A DNA stretch of 64,000 nucleotides. It comes from Oopsacas minuta. Taxonomy: Eukaryota > Animalia > Porifera. The stretch spans positions 258,432-322,431 of the forward strand of contig JAKMXF010000099.1 of the NCBI GenBank assembly GCA_024704765.1. The letters run 5' to 3'. A program made the translations under genes and the position numbers. The notes under the pieces are model-generated. The model was not told where the DNA came from and did not search any database. It worked only from the letters and a program-made list of their open reading frames with translations. Numbering within the stretch: the stretch's first letter is position 1; each line of letters begins with the position of its first letter. This document shows positions 1 to 13,400 of the stretch, in pieces.

Positions 1-284
1 TGTCCACTGTGTTTCTTTAGCTACTGACAAAGCTTTTATGCTTCTCTAAACTCCTAAAGTATACAAACTCACCAATACATTAAATTCAACTATTACAGGC
101 TCTGAGAGATTTCTGAGAGACTGAAGAATAGTATCTAACGACTGATATGTGACAGCTTGGAGAAGTTTCCCTTTATTTGAATGAATTACTTTTCATTCGA
201 AACTGTTTCAACCCAAAAATTGTTACAAAACATGTGGTGGCGCCCTAAGGGCCGCCATCCCAACTTTACGCGAATAAGCATATA

Positions 285-1619
285 TGAGGACGTTCAATAA
301 GTCTTCGGGTCATGATATATCTTAGGAATTAGTCAGGTAATATATCTACCTTTCATATATTATGAGCCCGTATAGTTAAACTCCATATAAGTACTGAAAG
401 TTTCAAGCTTATTCGATACAAATTACGAATTTTTGAGATAGTACGTATAGTCAATTTACACCCACTGTTGAATTTATTGCTTCAAAGGATGATAATTTCA
501 ACCTCAAATGGCGAACTTACATAGAGTTTCGCACAATACTCAAGATCCAGCTCATAATGATCCTCAGCGAGTTACAGGAGATATAGTTGCGTGGATTGCA
601 CTTCCAGATCTACTGTAGAGCGATGGGTTGCCCGTTTTAGATCTGGTGATCCAGATGTCACAGATTCTTCTCTATATGGAAGACCGGTATCAGCAACCAC
701 TTCAGAGATTATCGCACTCATTGAAAGCCTGGTCATAGAAGACAAGTGCATTAGTGTCAATCAGTTAGAACAAAGTATGGAGATTTCGTCGGGAGTTATT
801 CATACAATTCTGACGACTGAGCTTGGCGACCGATCGATTTGTGGGAAATGGGTCCCGCCTAAGCTCAGTGAGAATCAAAGGTTGGCACGACTGAGTATTG
901 CCAAGAAACTCTTGGAAACTTATGAGAACTGCGATTCTAGACGCTTAACAGAGATTATTACTGGTGACGAGACGTGGGTGTACTATTCAACACCATATAG
1001 CAAGTATAAGAAGCGATCATGGGTGAGGGGCGACGAACAACCGGTGAAAATTCCGAGGCCGACTTCAGAAAACCTAAGATTATGTATACCATCTCTTTCA
1101 GTAGTCATGGAATTGTCCTGCAATTACCTTGTGAGAGTGGCAAGGCTGTTACTGTACTTTCTTTACAAAACAAGTGCTTCCAAATTTGATAAAAATATAG
1201 AAAATAACTGCCCGACAACCGGAACTCGAGGAATGAAGATTTTAATTGATAACGCCAGTTCCCATACAGCTAAGCTTACCAAAGATTTCTTCGATGTAGA
1301 AGGGTTATAATTACTCCCCCATCCACCATACTTACCAGACCTAGCTCCATGTGATTTTTGGCTATTCCCCAAGCTTAAAATCTACCTTCAAGGCAAAGAT
1401 TTTAACACATTACAAGCACTCGGAACGGGCTTATACCAGTACTTCAAATCCATCCCCGAAGAAGAGTACAGAAATGTGTTTTACACATGGGTGGAAAGGT
1501 TAAAACTTTATGTATCTGGAGGAGGGGATTACTTCGAATAAATAATATAGTGAATTAGTGTGTATGGAGTTGGTATCATATTCTATGATATCACCCGCAA
1601 GACTTGTTGAACGCCCCAG
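285..1619 (+). mobile_element. Mariner (DD34D) DNA transposon, full length, defective
   Basis: Imperfect ~28-bp TIRs (TGAGGACGTTCAATAAGTCTT-CGGGT at the left; the right end reverse-complemented reads CTGGGGCGTTCAACAAGTCTTGCGGGT), each flanked by TA. About 1.33 kb long. Confidence 0.9.
591..1541 (+). pseudogene. Mariner transposase pseudogene
   Basis: Motifs TGDETWVYY, DNASSH and HPPY-PDLAPCDFWLFPKLK, with 34 residues between the 2nd and 3rd Asp. Two compensating frameshifts (~1060-1175) and an in-frame TAA at 1308-1310, where the related copy at ~43380 has GAA. Confidence 0.9.
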
Positions 1620-3228
1620 TACATGTTTATATGTCCAGAATGAATTGAAAAAACTGAAATACCACTACTGGACTTATTTAAGAATAGAGGTGTATATCGA
1701 CCTGACTATGAGAAATTCGAGTCTTAGACGATAATTCATAACTGTGACGTCATTATCATCTCTTTGTATTCTCGAAGATTCGCAATATCTGCTAGTGCTC
1801 AAGTTACATACCGAAAGAAGCTGGAAATTTAAATCAAGAGTACCACAGAATTTCAGATGTCTTGACGTCATCACTTTGACTAATTACAAACTCATCCATA
1901 ATTATTGCACCACAATGAATGTATAATAAATAAAAATTGTGGAAGTTGCAAATAATAGAAATTGATAATATTCGAAACATGAGGTGCCTAGTAGGAACAG
2001 CTCCAGTTTTATACAAAGGCCATTAAATGGAGTTTGGAAGGACCAATATTATAAATATGAAATTTTGAGAAAAATTTAATCTCAAGGAATTTAGTTCTGA
2101 GTATAATACCCAGTAGCAAAGGGAGCAAAAACATTAAGAAATTTGAGTACTGCTTCAACCAGACATGGGATCGAATACCTTGAAAAGTATGAAATTATAA
2201 TTAGCGAAACATTAAAATATAATATAAATAGCAATACTTTTAAGGAGTCATGAGATATTTTATACAAGCTGTCCGACGGAGTAAATAGGTTTCTTACATT
2301 TCTCCTCTATATCTGTGGCGGGTACGTTCATTATAGTAAACTAGGTATAATTCCTTCAAAAATTGAATTGATCAAATATATTTTTAGAATAAGAACGATT
2401 TGTTCCGTCTACGGCTTCCTATTGAAGTAACATTAAATAATTATTCTGTTCTGACATAAGAAAAAAAGTCTGTGTAAGATTAAGAGCTATAAACTTCCAT
2501 ATACACTATACTAGTGATCTTCTAATTCAACATACCATACTGAACCCTCTATGCTAACTACAAAAAAGTTACAGATATTTTCTGGAAGGGATTTTCGAAA
2601 AGAACAAAATCTCCTGGGTCCTGTTGGACAAAGTGGTCGAATATATAAAATATGAACTCAACCGCTTCGAAGTGGTATTGTTAATTACATAGTATAGCAT
2701 AAATGATTCTCTGAAACTTTCAAGCCTTACTAGCAAGTAACTTTGGATCCTTATGTCATTGTGTACCGAAAAATGTACAATCGAGATAATTTGATCTAAA
2801 GATTTGGGAACAATATTTTCATATTGTCCCTGAGAGAAGCAGATTGTTTGTGAGCCGTGACTATAATTGAATTCTTTAATTAAAACAAAGTGAATCAGAA
2901 CCTTGGATGGGAGTGACAGAAATGATAAATATGTAAGGACTGTGCCACTTTTCAGAGTGATATGGTGTTCTCATACCACTCTCAAGTAGTTGTGCTCACC
3001 TGACTGTATTATGTTAGCATAATAGTTGGGACAAAATGGCCAATTCGTAGATTAGAGTTTATCTAGTATGTTCCATGTTTTATCATTGCTCAAATTAGTA
3101 TTCCGAGATTGAATATTTGTCGGTCGAACACACCCGAATCAATTTCAATATGAAATAGAAAGCGTTATTGTTGTGATAATAGTTTATACTCATAGGGAGT
3201 TACAGACAATCAGATATAGTACTATAAT

Positions 3229-3671
3229 CTAATAAACTAAATAATATTTATAGAAGGCTTCCTCTAGAACTGTAAGGCTCCTCTCGTGAAAGGCGATCCG
3301 CTCATCGAGCCCCTCCGCCCTCCTATATGCCCCCCACGCCCGATTCCGCCAAATTTCCTCCCTTTCCTCCGCCTTCGCCGTCCTCAATTCCCACATCCTT
3401 GCCCTCTCCAATGTCTCGACAAAATTTCTAGAAATCCTCCTCTCCCTCTCTTGCGCCTCTACAGCTCTCCCTTCCCACTCCATTCTCCTTTCTCTCTCTG
3501 CGACTGCCTGGGCAACTATAGCTTGCTCCATCTCCCGGCCGCCGCCTCCCACTTGCGTCCCTCAGTCTCTCGCTGCATCGCCCTCCCCTCCCTCTCCCTC
3601 GCGACCAGCTCCATTCTTCGAGCTTCGGCGATGTGTTGCTCGAGCTCCTTTAGAAGCTTCTGGTATTCCAT
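3229..3671 (-). pseudogene. GC-rich Glu/Arg coiled-coil ORF inside the Kolobok-like element, one frameshift
   Basis: ATG at 3671 gives MEYQKLLKELEQHIAEARRMELVARERE..., which shifts frame near 3540 into ORF 3229-3552. Base composition is clearly more GC-rich than the surroundings. Confidence 0.5.
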
Positions 3672-4451
3672 AATCTGAATTTGATAGAGTAGAAAGTTTA
3701 AATAGATGAAAAATTAAATTCCTATTTATTCGTGATATATTCAAGATGAAAACCACAAATCCCACAAATTTCAAATAGCTACTTCCGTTTATGTATCTGG
3801 GAAACATAATGTGACAGTTTGAATTACTTTCACTTGTGAAATTCACGTAAAATACTTAGCATATTATAATTAGTATTTGATAAAAAACCTCCCTGAGCAA
3901 AACAATAAATAAATATTACGATGAAAATCAACTAAAATAGAATAAATTATCTGGAAAGAAACAATAATAACCTCTGTATTAGTTTTTAAAAACAAACAAA
4001 AATAATTACTGAGAATTCAGGATAATTCTGATAACAATATCTTTATAATAATTTCCAAATTCTCCATTCTCCTTTGGGCATTTGCCTTGAAAGTAGATAA
4101 CAATAGTGTGAGATTTATCAGGTGCAATTAAAACAAATGAATGAACGAAACTCTGCGCCCCGGTCTAGTTCGGTACAGCGCTGATGGAGTGTTCTTTCGC
4201 AGATGGTACATATAACCCATTTTACCCTAGACCATATTGAGATGGCTTGGCATCTTTGAGATGGAGGGTCTTTGTGTTAACATATAACGCATAGTTGTTT
4301 TGGGACATTGTCAGTTTCATCATCAGTGTTCGAGGAATTATCAGACTGTGTAGAATTGGATTGGGTAACAGAATTATCGGACTCATTTGAGCTGATAAGC
4401 GTGTTAAGTCGTCGTTTCACAGCTTTACCCCAGGGGGTAGTGGTGGATCTC

Positions 4452-6355
4452 CTAATGGCAGTTCTTACTCGAACTGGACGGGTCCTGGCGGGCTTGGCGA
4501 ATTTTCCGAACCAAAAGAACTGGACTTGTAACTACGTCCACCTTCTTTCTGTATAAGCTCAGTTTCACGGCGTAGCTTTGTGAGTTTTTGTCTCGGGTTC
4601 GTCGATGGATATTAGCCTTCTCGATATACTTCCGGTGGTGATCTTTGACGTGATCACGTTTGACTACTGATCTAAAAGAAGAATAAGAAGGATTGAGGTT
4701 AAGGTCACGCATATAACCATAAAGGCAGAGTTCTCCCTCATTGAAAACAGCAACTGCGATGGCTGTGCTAATGCAAATGTTTCGTGGAGAAAGATATTTA
4801 GCCTTGGGACAGAAGTTCCAGATGACGTTGTGAAGTGATTCGTTAGCATTTTGTGTCAAACCAAGAGTCAGGTGGCTACAAACTCTTCCGTGGCATAAAT
4901 ATCGAATACCTCATTAATTTTCAAGATCTCGTTTGGTGTGTAGTTGGTAGGTTTAGTGGGTGATGGTTTAGTAGTGCTCGAAGTTCGTTTCCAGTGGCAC
5001 CAAGTATCGAGAGGACAGTTGGAATGGTCACTACTAACGTGATGGAGAAAGGTGTTAAGTCCTTTAGCGAGTTGTGCAGGTGACTTGCCCCTGTTTTGTA
5101 GAACAACCGTTGAGTAGTTTGTCGAAACATAGTCAGCTTCAGTACTGAGAGTTTGCACTGGATGTATGATTGCTTTGCGGTGTTCTTCTTAATTCTACAG
5201 AGTGTTTTCTTGATCCGCTTCACCTCATGTGCCAAGCATTCTTCCTTATGAATAGGAAGTGAGTCGTATGGATTCATTTGACAGACTTGTGTGTAAGATT
5301 TCGAGTCGCCATCTCCGATGAAGGTGTTGTAGCACAGTTTCGCTTTAGAGTCGATCTACCCAAATTCGTTTTGGCAGCTTCTGGTTCCATTGATTGACTG
5401 GACCCGCTATGGTTCTTTAAACAATGTAGCTGGTGGGTGTTGTACCATTTTATGTACTCTTCAGGATGTTCGTTTTGGCGTTGTCTTGACCACCGATTAC
5501 ATTTCTCGCATGTCCGATTGAGTAGTACATAAGCTAAAACTTTCTTAGTGCTGGCAGATATAGCGGATCCAAACCCTACATTTGAATAGTATCCTCTTGT
5601 CTTCGATGAGCTGTCAAAACTAACGGCGGTGTTGGTACAGTTTGGGACAGGAGATGGAATGGAATCGACTCTCAAGTGTAATTCATCTGCTGCGCCTTGC
5701 ATAGATAACTCGACAGCAATGTTAACTACGTCCTCGATCTTGTTGAGGTAGGTGTTGGCATATGTTCCAGTGGACGGGACATGTCGAAAACGGTGGCGAA
5801 TTTGTGAAGATCCCCCCAAGAAAGTCAAGAACAATGTACAGCAAGTACAGATCGCATCGTTACTTCATTGAGTCCCTGTTTTGGTAATGTAGTGTTGACG
5901 TATTTAGTGGACTCAGGTAGGTTCATGGGCTTGGAAGAAGGGAAATCTGCGTATAGGTGGTGATAGGAGGCACACTTTATATAGAAATACGTTTGCCAAC
6001 CATGTACGAAGTCTGACTCATATAACGAGAGGTAATCATTTGAACAGTACGTGCAGCGAATCTTCGTCATGGCTTCAGTAAGTATGCCGATGTCTAAAAT
6101 TCTCATCCCATGTGGTTTGGAAGCTTTGACTGTCCGGGTGGTGTCTGGATCGCTTTTCATTAGAACTTGTTACTTTCTATATGGAAAAGGGGCAGAGAAT
6201 CTTGAGGTATAACCACAGCGAGGAACCTTATATCTGTATCTCTTGGATTGAGGAATAGATTGGGTAGAAGTATCAAGTATAGTAGAATTGTCTAAAGAAG
6301 AGGAGGGTAGCTGTATTTTGGTGTATTGATTGCCTCGAAATCTGTATTTTTCCAA
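4452..6355 (-). pseudogene. Kolobok/Mutator-like DDE transposase, multiply frameshifted
   Basis: Chain of minus-strand ORFs (6170-6355, 5825-6160, 5274-5834, 4921-5277, 4868-5158, 4452-4859). Motifs: FRGNQYTK, CTYC zinc knuckle, VSFDSS, IGDGDSKSY, KEECLAH and TQNANESLHNVIW. Confidence 0.8.
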
Positions 6356-7059
6356 TGTCGACCCTTCTTCTACGAGGGGCAGTTATGGAGGAAATAGGAA
6401 AGAACACTTGCGACTCCTGTGAATTTAGTTCAAAGATGTCATAGGTAGAGTTAGACTTGGTGTTGGTGGTAGTGAGGAACTAGGGGTAGGAACAGTGCTG
6501 GAACTGAAAGTATCGAGGTTGATGAAATAACCGGAGGAGTTGGAGGAAAGAGAGTCGTCGTCTCCGTGCTCCCATAGATTGTTTTGTTGGTTAGATTGAG
6601 AGGAAGTAGAAGAATTATCAGATGAATGAGAAGACATATTGAAGAAAAAAAGAAATCCAATTGTGAAAGAAAAAAGGAAATGTATTAGCGATGAGATTAT
6701 ATTATCAGCGAACCCAATGACCCCTGGATAAAGAATATAAAAAATTAAATGCTGTTTCAAGTAGTCATGCATTAGGAGGAAGATTGTACAAAAAGGAAAA
6801 TTTTCTATTTTAGGATAAAACTGAAGTCAGTAAAAGTCGCATATTGAAGTCAAAAATATTCAGAATATAAAATTTTCAATTCTGGAGTATCCTCTCATTG
6901 TTTAAGTATATTTCAGGGAGGATAACACAATTTTTAAGATTTTGAGAAAAATGGTGAAAGAATTCTCATGACTCCTTAAATGAAAAAGTATTACATCAAT
7001 ATCAATAAAAAAAAATTGGAAGTAAATAGGTGAAATATACAAACTTTTGTCAGTAATTT

Positions 7060-7575
7060 TAAAATATACACGCACAAAATTGTGAAAGTAAACTATTCAA
7101 AGTATTGTCACTGGATTTCAAATGTCAGCAATTATTCACTAGTATATTGGTAAATACATAGCATTTCACTCAATTTCAAAACAGACATAGTATTCATTTA
7201 CAGCAGAACAATGCACATATTTCACAATCACTATCAATAATCAACATACTAAATTGTGTACGTATACTATACAAAGTTTATTCAGTCAATTTCAAATGTC
7301 ACAACACATATTGCCTAATATATAGTTCAAAACATAGCATTACACTCACTTTGATTAGAAACAAAGTAGTTGTGATCAGCTGAACCATGTATATACTTCA
7401 CAGTCAGTTTCAGAATTCTACACATAGAATTTTGAAAGTACACTATACAAAGTATTGTCGGTCAATTTCAAATGTCACAACATATTCCTGAATACATAGT
7501 TCAAAACATAGCATTTCACTCGCTTTGATTAGAAATAAATTAGTTGTGATCACTGAACTATGTATATATTTCCTA
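7060..7575 (+). repeat. ~174-bp satellite, block 1
   Basis: Degenerate copies of the unit containing CTACACATAGAATTGTGAAAGTACACTATACAAAGTATT and CAAAACATAGCATTTCACTC. Confidence 0.85.
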
Positions 7576-10498
7576 CACGGGTAACTGAGAAAACATTATG
7601 ACAAAAAAAGTGTTGTCGTTGACATTTTTTCACTTTCTTATACAGAATTTTGTGAGGAATCCGAATATACGCTCCAAAAAATTTTGCTACCATTGAAATT
7701 TTTTTACAGATTATACAAAAATTTATAAACTCAAAAAAATCCTGGCTACAATAATTTCAACATATCCCCATTTTTAATATATTTTCGTCATTCTTTGCTG
7801 ATACAATTCCTTCTAGAATTCAATTTAATTACTTGTTACCTAATAGAATTAATGTTTTTAACGAATTCCTATCCAAAATGTCATTACCATGGTAACAAAA
7901 TGAAACGTGGGAATTTACGCAACAGTTTTCAATCTAGCTAAGTAGTACTTGTATGATATTACATTTAGGATATATACGTGTAATTATTGATGCTTAACCT
8001 TAACTTAACCAATTATTTTTATTCCAAATATAATGTAATGTAGAACACGACCTAGCTTATCATACTATGATTTATTTATGAAATTGACGAAGTTAACATC
8101 TGATACTGTGTTTAACAAGCACTCTGGAAATTTTTCATTTTCCTCTTGACATTTATATCTTGTCTCCCAAACTCTGCCAAATCTAGAATGGGCAGATTCA
8201 AATGCTTGTTCTGAAACTGATCCTAAACCCATTCCATCTGGAAGATAATTTGTGATAAACGGAATTAGGTGCCTACATAGAACATGAACTTTTGTAGAGC
8301 AAGAAAGTCCTGATTGTTTAAATGATTGTTCAAAATGATATACTGCCATTTTGAAATCTCCCTTTAAGTTTTTCCCGAGGCAAGAATCAACAACACCCCT
8401 GAATTTTACAAGCGTGATATAAGACGAATTACTCTTTGGAAACCCGAGTTCCAATGCCTCCTTTGTGATTTTCCTCATTGCATTACCTTCAAATGCTCCT
8501 CCATGGTAAGCACTTCTATGAATATTCAGTTCTTATAGTATTCCTTCATGGTGTTCTTTTTCGTCCTCAGACATTGTGATGAGGATGGCATCGTATAACT
8601 TCTGTCCTATCCCAAGTAACAGATGTAATTCGGGAAGATTAAACATTTGCATGAAATCTACCAGCCATACATTTAGTGCTTGGCGATCCTCAATACCATC
8701 GCAGTCAATTGCATGATTCTTAGAATCTCCCTGATACATATCTTGAAGGTTTTGAAACATCTCTAGATTGTTAGCAGATGATCGTTCTTCCCACTGAACA
8801 CTGTCTAAACCCCTTCTATTCTCCCAAGTACACCATATACAAGGGCTACGTCCGTTCATTATTCCCAAGCAATAACTTGCAGCTTTCAAATCTACCGCAA
8901 ATGAAATGTTGCATTCTTCCATCAACCGTTTTACCTGGTCATCTTGAAGCATAACGGAGAAGTTATAATTACACTCAGGGGCACTCGTAACCCATAGATA
9001 AACCAGGTAATCGATAGAATTATCATTCTGTAGACACATAAGTAGTTTAGTGAAACCACGACCAAAGTCTAATCCAAGCTTGAAATGAAGCTCATGTACC
9101 GATATTTCTCCGCTGATATTAAAGATCTTTTCTATCAGGGCATCGATATTGCAACATCTCACTATCCAGGAGTTCCTATATTCTGACTTGTATTTCTCTT
9201 TACTATAGTCCAGCTCAATCTGGATGCATTCGAATATTTCGTCGCACAACAAATGTCGTTCTCTATAGTAGCTATCCATTGATGGACATGGTACTCCAAC
9301 ATCTCTAATAATTCGAGTTACTACCTTTAACTGCTTATTAGACAATGACATTCCTGAACACTTCAAATTCGCGATGTGAGAGAAATCCATTTTTGGTACT
9401 TAGCTGGACGTTCGTCAGTACTGGAAGAGGAGATAGAAAGATGAAACGGATTCCCACCTGAAGTTTTAGGCAAATGAATTGAAGATTTGTTGGGGCTACA
9501 TTCATGTAATCTTTGGTATACATTATCACCAACGAATGTATCAATAGCGTTATGGTGTTCCAACATATTATGTGCGTTGGTAATCAATGTCTTTTTCAAA
9601 CAGATATGACTAACTCCAGGACTAACACGACTCGCACATAAGTTGCATATCTTGATCGTCTTTTGAGGTGAATTGATTGTTGGTCTACCTGGCTTTATAT
9701 GGATTATCGAAGATGAAGCTTGATTCTTGCGAGCAAACCTTTAACTTTCGGTACACATTGAACAAAAGTTCCCAATGCGGCAGGTGTTTAAGCGCGTGTT
9801 ACGAATTACGGGCCAATCATTTCGTGCGGGTGTTTTCCTCGTCGTATCCCCTGAGGACAGAGTAAACAAGTAGAGCTTACAAGTATTACACACGATATAA
9901 GGGCGATTATCTTCTAAAATATTGATTGGTTCCAAATATTGGTTGTATAATTCACCTAACTTAGTGTCCTTTAGGTGATTATTCCTCAAAACAAATTTTG
10001 CCAACTTTCGAACAACACAAGCGACAAATTCTAGTATTTGCATGTTCATGTTTTGTTTCTTCACTCATTTGCTTTAACTGAATTAATCAATAATTACACG
10101 TATATATCCTAAATGTAATAAAATGTAAGTACTACTTAGCTAGATTGAAAACTATTGCGTAAATTCCCACATTTCAATTTGTTGCCGTGGTAATGACATT
10201 TTGGATAGGAATTCGGTAAAAACATCAATTCTATTAGGTAGCTGGTAATTAAATTGAATTATAGACAGAAGTATATCAGCGAAGAATCACGATAATATAA
10301 TACAAATGGGGATGTGTTAAAATTATTGTAGCCGGAATTTTATTGAATTCATAAATTTTGGTATAATCTGAAAGAAATTTTAATGGAAGTAAAATTATTT
10401 GGAGCGTATGTTCGGATTCCTCATAAAATTCTGTATAAGAAAGTGAAAAAATCTCAACGACCTCATTTTTTTGTCATAATTTTGTTCAGTTACACGTG
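7576..10498 (-). mobile_element. Chapaev-type DNA transposon with ~415-bp imperfect TIRs
   Basis: Termini CACGGGTAACTGA and (reverse complement) CACGTGTAACTGA. Inverted similarity extends over ~7576-7990 and ~10085-10498. Inserted into the satellite; the 4-bp TSD is degenerate (CCTA versus CACA). Confidence 0.8.
8065..10064 (-). pseudogene. Chapaev transposase, frameshifted
   Basis: N-terminal Cys-rich region (VCNTC...CSMC), then LGLDFGRG (D1), VDLKAASYCLG..PCIWC (D2 plus CxxC), PELHLLLG, KVHVLCRH and SEQAFESAH (E). Confidence 0.8.
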
Positions 10499-13400
10499 CA
10501 CAGTCAGGTTCAGAATTCTACACATAGAATTTTGATAGTACACTATACAAAGTATTTTGAGTTAAATTCAAATGTCCAACATATTACCTAATATATAATT
10601 CAAAACATGGCATTACACTCACTTTGAATAGAAACAAAGTTGTTGTGATCAGCTGAAATATCTATATAATTCACAGTCAGCTTCAGGATTCTACACATAG
10701 AATTTTGAAAGTACACTATACAGATAAATGTCACTCAATTGCAAATGTCACTAAATATTACCTAATATATAATTCAAAACATGGGATTTCACTAACTTTG
10801 ATTAAAAACAAAGTTGTTGTGATCTGCTGAAATGTGTAAATAATTCACAGTCAGTTTCAGTATTATACACATAGAATTGTGAAACTGCACTGGACAAAGT
10901 ATTGTCACTCAAATTCTAATGTCACAACGTATTGTCAAATTTATAGTTTAAAACATAGCATTGAACTCACTTTGACTAGGATGAGATTATACATGATTAC
11001 CTGAGCCATGTGCATAATTCACAGTCAGGTTCAGAATTCTACAAATAGAATTGTGAAAGTACACCATACAAAGTATTATCACTGAATTTCAAATTACACA
11101 ACATAGTCGTGAATAAATAGTTCAAAACATAGGATTTCACTAAATTTGACTTCACACAGAGTTGTTATGAGCAGTTGAACTGTGTAAAAAATTCACAATC
11201 TGTTTCGGTATTATCCACATAGAATTGTGAAACTGCACTGCAAAGAATTGCCACTCAAATTCAAATGTAACAACATATACTTGAATGAATATATCAAAAC
11301 ATAGGATTTGACTCACGTTGATTACAAACAAAGTTGCTGTGATCAGCTAAACTATGTAAATTAGTCATAGTCAGTTTCAGTATTCTACACATAGAATTGT
11401 GAAAGTACACTATACCAAATATTGTGACTCAATTTCGAATTTCACAAAACATTCCACAATATAGTGTTGAAATTGTTGGGTTTCTTTCACTTTGATTACA
11501 AACAAAGTTGTTGTGATCAGCTTAACTATGTAAATACCTCACAATTAGTTTCAGTATTCTGCACATAGAGTTGTGAAAGTACACTATACAAACTATTGTG
11601 ACTCAATTATAAATTGTTACAGCATATTCCAAAGTACAAAGTTTGAAACATAGGATCTCACTCACTTTGATTACATACGAATGCGTTGTGATCAGCTGAA
11701 CTATGTAATTTATACACATTTAGTTTCAGTAATCTACAGATAGAATTGTGAAAGTACACAATACAAAGTATTGTGACTCAATTTCCAATGTCACAACACA
11801 TTCCATAATATATTGTTTAAAACATAGGATTTCTTTCACTTTGATTACAAACAAAGTTGTTGGGATCAACTCAACTATGTAGATAATAGACAATCAGATT
11901 CAATATTCTACACATAGAATTGTAAAAGTACACTATACCAAGTATTGTGACTCAATATCGAATTTCACAAAACATTCCATAATATATTGTTAAAAATATA
12001 GGACATCACTCACTTTGAGAACAAAGAAAGTGCTGTTAAAAGAATAACTATGGAAAGTATTCATAGTAAGTTTAGTATAGTACACATAGAATTGTGAAAG
12101 TACACAGTACAAAGAATTGTGACTCGATTCCAAATGTCACAACAATTTAGAAAGTATACAGTTCAAAATATAGGATTGAATTGATTATAATTACAAACAA
12201 AGTTGTTAATCAAAGTAAGTGAAATACAATGTTGTAAACGGTTAAATATGGAATATGTTGTGATATTTGAAAATGAGTCGCAATACATTGTATTAGGTAC
12301 TTTCACAATTCTAAGTGTAGAATATTGAAACCGACTGCGAATAAATAACATGGTTCATCTGATCAAAACATATATGTTTGTAATCAATTAGAGTGAAATC
12401 CAATGGATTTAACTATATTTAGTGGAATATGTTGTGATAATTGAAAATGAGTCACAATACATCATATTAGGTACTTTCACAATTCTAAGTGTAGAATATT
12501 GAAACCGACTGCGAATAAATAACATGGTTCATCTGATCAAAACATATATGTTTGTAATCAATTAGAGTGAAATCCAATGGATATAACTATATTTAGATGA
12601 GTCGCAATACATTGTATTAGGTACTTTCACAATTCTAAGTGTAGAATATTGAAACCGACTGCGAATAAATAACATGGTTCATCTGATCAAAACATATATG
12701 TTTGTAATCAATTAGAGTGAAATCCAATGGATTTAACTATATTTAGTGGAATATGTTGTGATATTTAGAAAATGAGTTGCAATACATTGTATTAGGTACT
12801 TTCACAATTCTAAGTGTAGAATATTGAAACCGACTGCGAATAAATAACATGGTTCATCTGATCAAAACATATATGTTTGTAATCAATTAGAGTGAAATCC
12901 AATGGATTTAACTATATTTAGTGGAATATGTTGTGATATTTAGAAAATGAGTCGCAATACATTGTATTAGGTACTTTCACAATTCTAAGTGTAGAATATT
13001 GAAACCGACTGCAAATAAATTACATGGTTCATCTGATCACGACAACTTTGTTTCTAATCAATGCTAGTCAAATCCTATGGATTTAACTATATATTTTGGA
13101 ATATGTTGTGATATTTGGAATTTAGTCGCAATAGATTGTTTTTGTACTTTCACATATCATATTTTAGAATATTTTAGTTCACTGTGAATAATTTCCATTG
13201 TTCACCTGTCATCTTAACTTTGTTTGTTTTCATCATTTGATCTATCTAAATTATTCAAACTCAGTTTCTGTACCCTACACATAGAATTGTGAATGTTAAC
13301 TATACAACGTGTTGTGACTCCATTTCAATTATCACAACAAATTCCACAATATATAGTTTAAAACATTGTATTTCACTCGCTTTGATTACAAACCAAGTTG

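Larger units (their letters stand above)
2244..6975 (-). mobile_element. Kolobok-like DNA transposon (TTAA TSD), 4.73 kb
   Basis: Perfect 12-bp TIR GGAGTCATGAGA at 2244-2255 and 6964-6975. TTAA on both flanks (2240-2243, 6976-6979). GG..CC termini and an internal DDE transposase with a CxxH motif match the Kolobok superfamily description. Confidence 0.75.

Noticed and set aside
1-11. CACTGTG at 5-11 as the right end of another Transib/RAG-like element
   Set aside because: A 7-mer occurs by chance in 64 kb (also at ~32302 and ~41110 inside other elements), and the upstream context lies outside the window.
1745-1870. Two CRE palindromes (TGACGTCA) as a promoter
   Set aside because: No adjacent gene can be identified, and motif presence alone is insufficient.
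2560-2690. JmjC-like peptide HFVQQDPGDFVL on the minus strand
   Set aside because: A short match only; the following YH.GFN motif is absent and the frame has stops.
3286-3678. Pro-rich plus-strand ORF, and similar shadow ORFs (14766-15188, 20225-20722, 34485-34742, 54933-55250)
   Set aside because: These are antisense shadows of real coding frames, or chance frames across satellite and TIR sequence.
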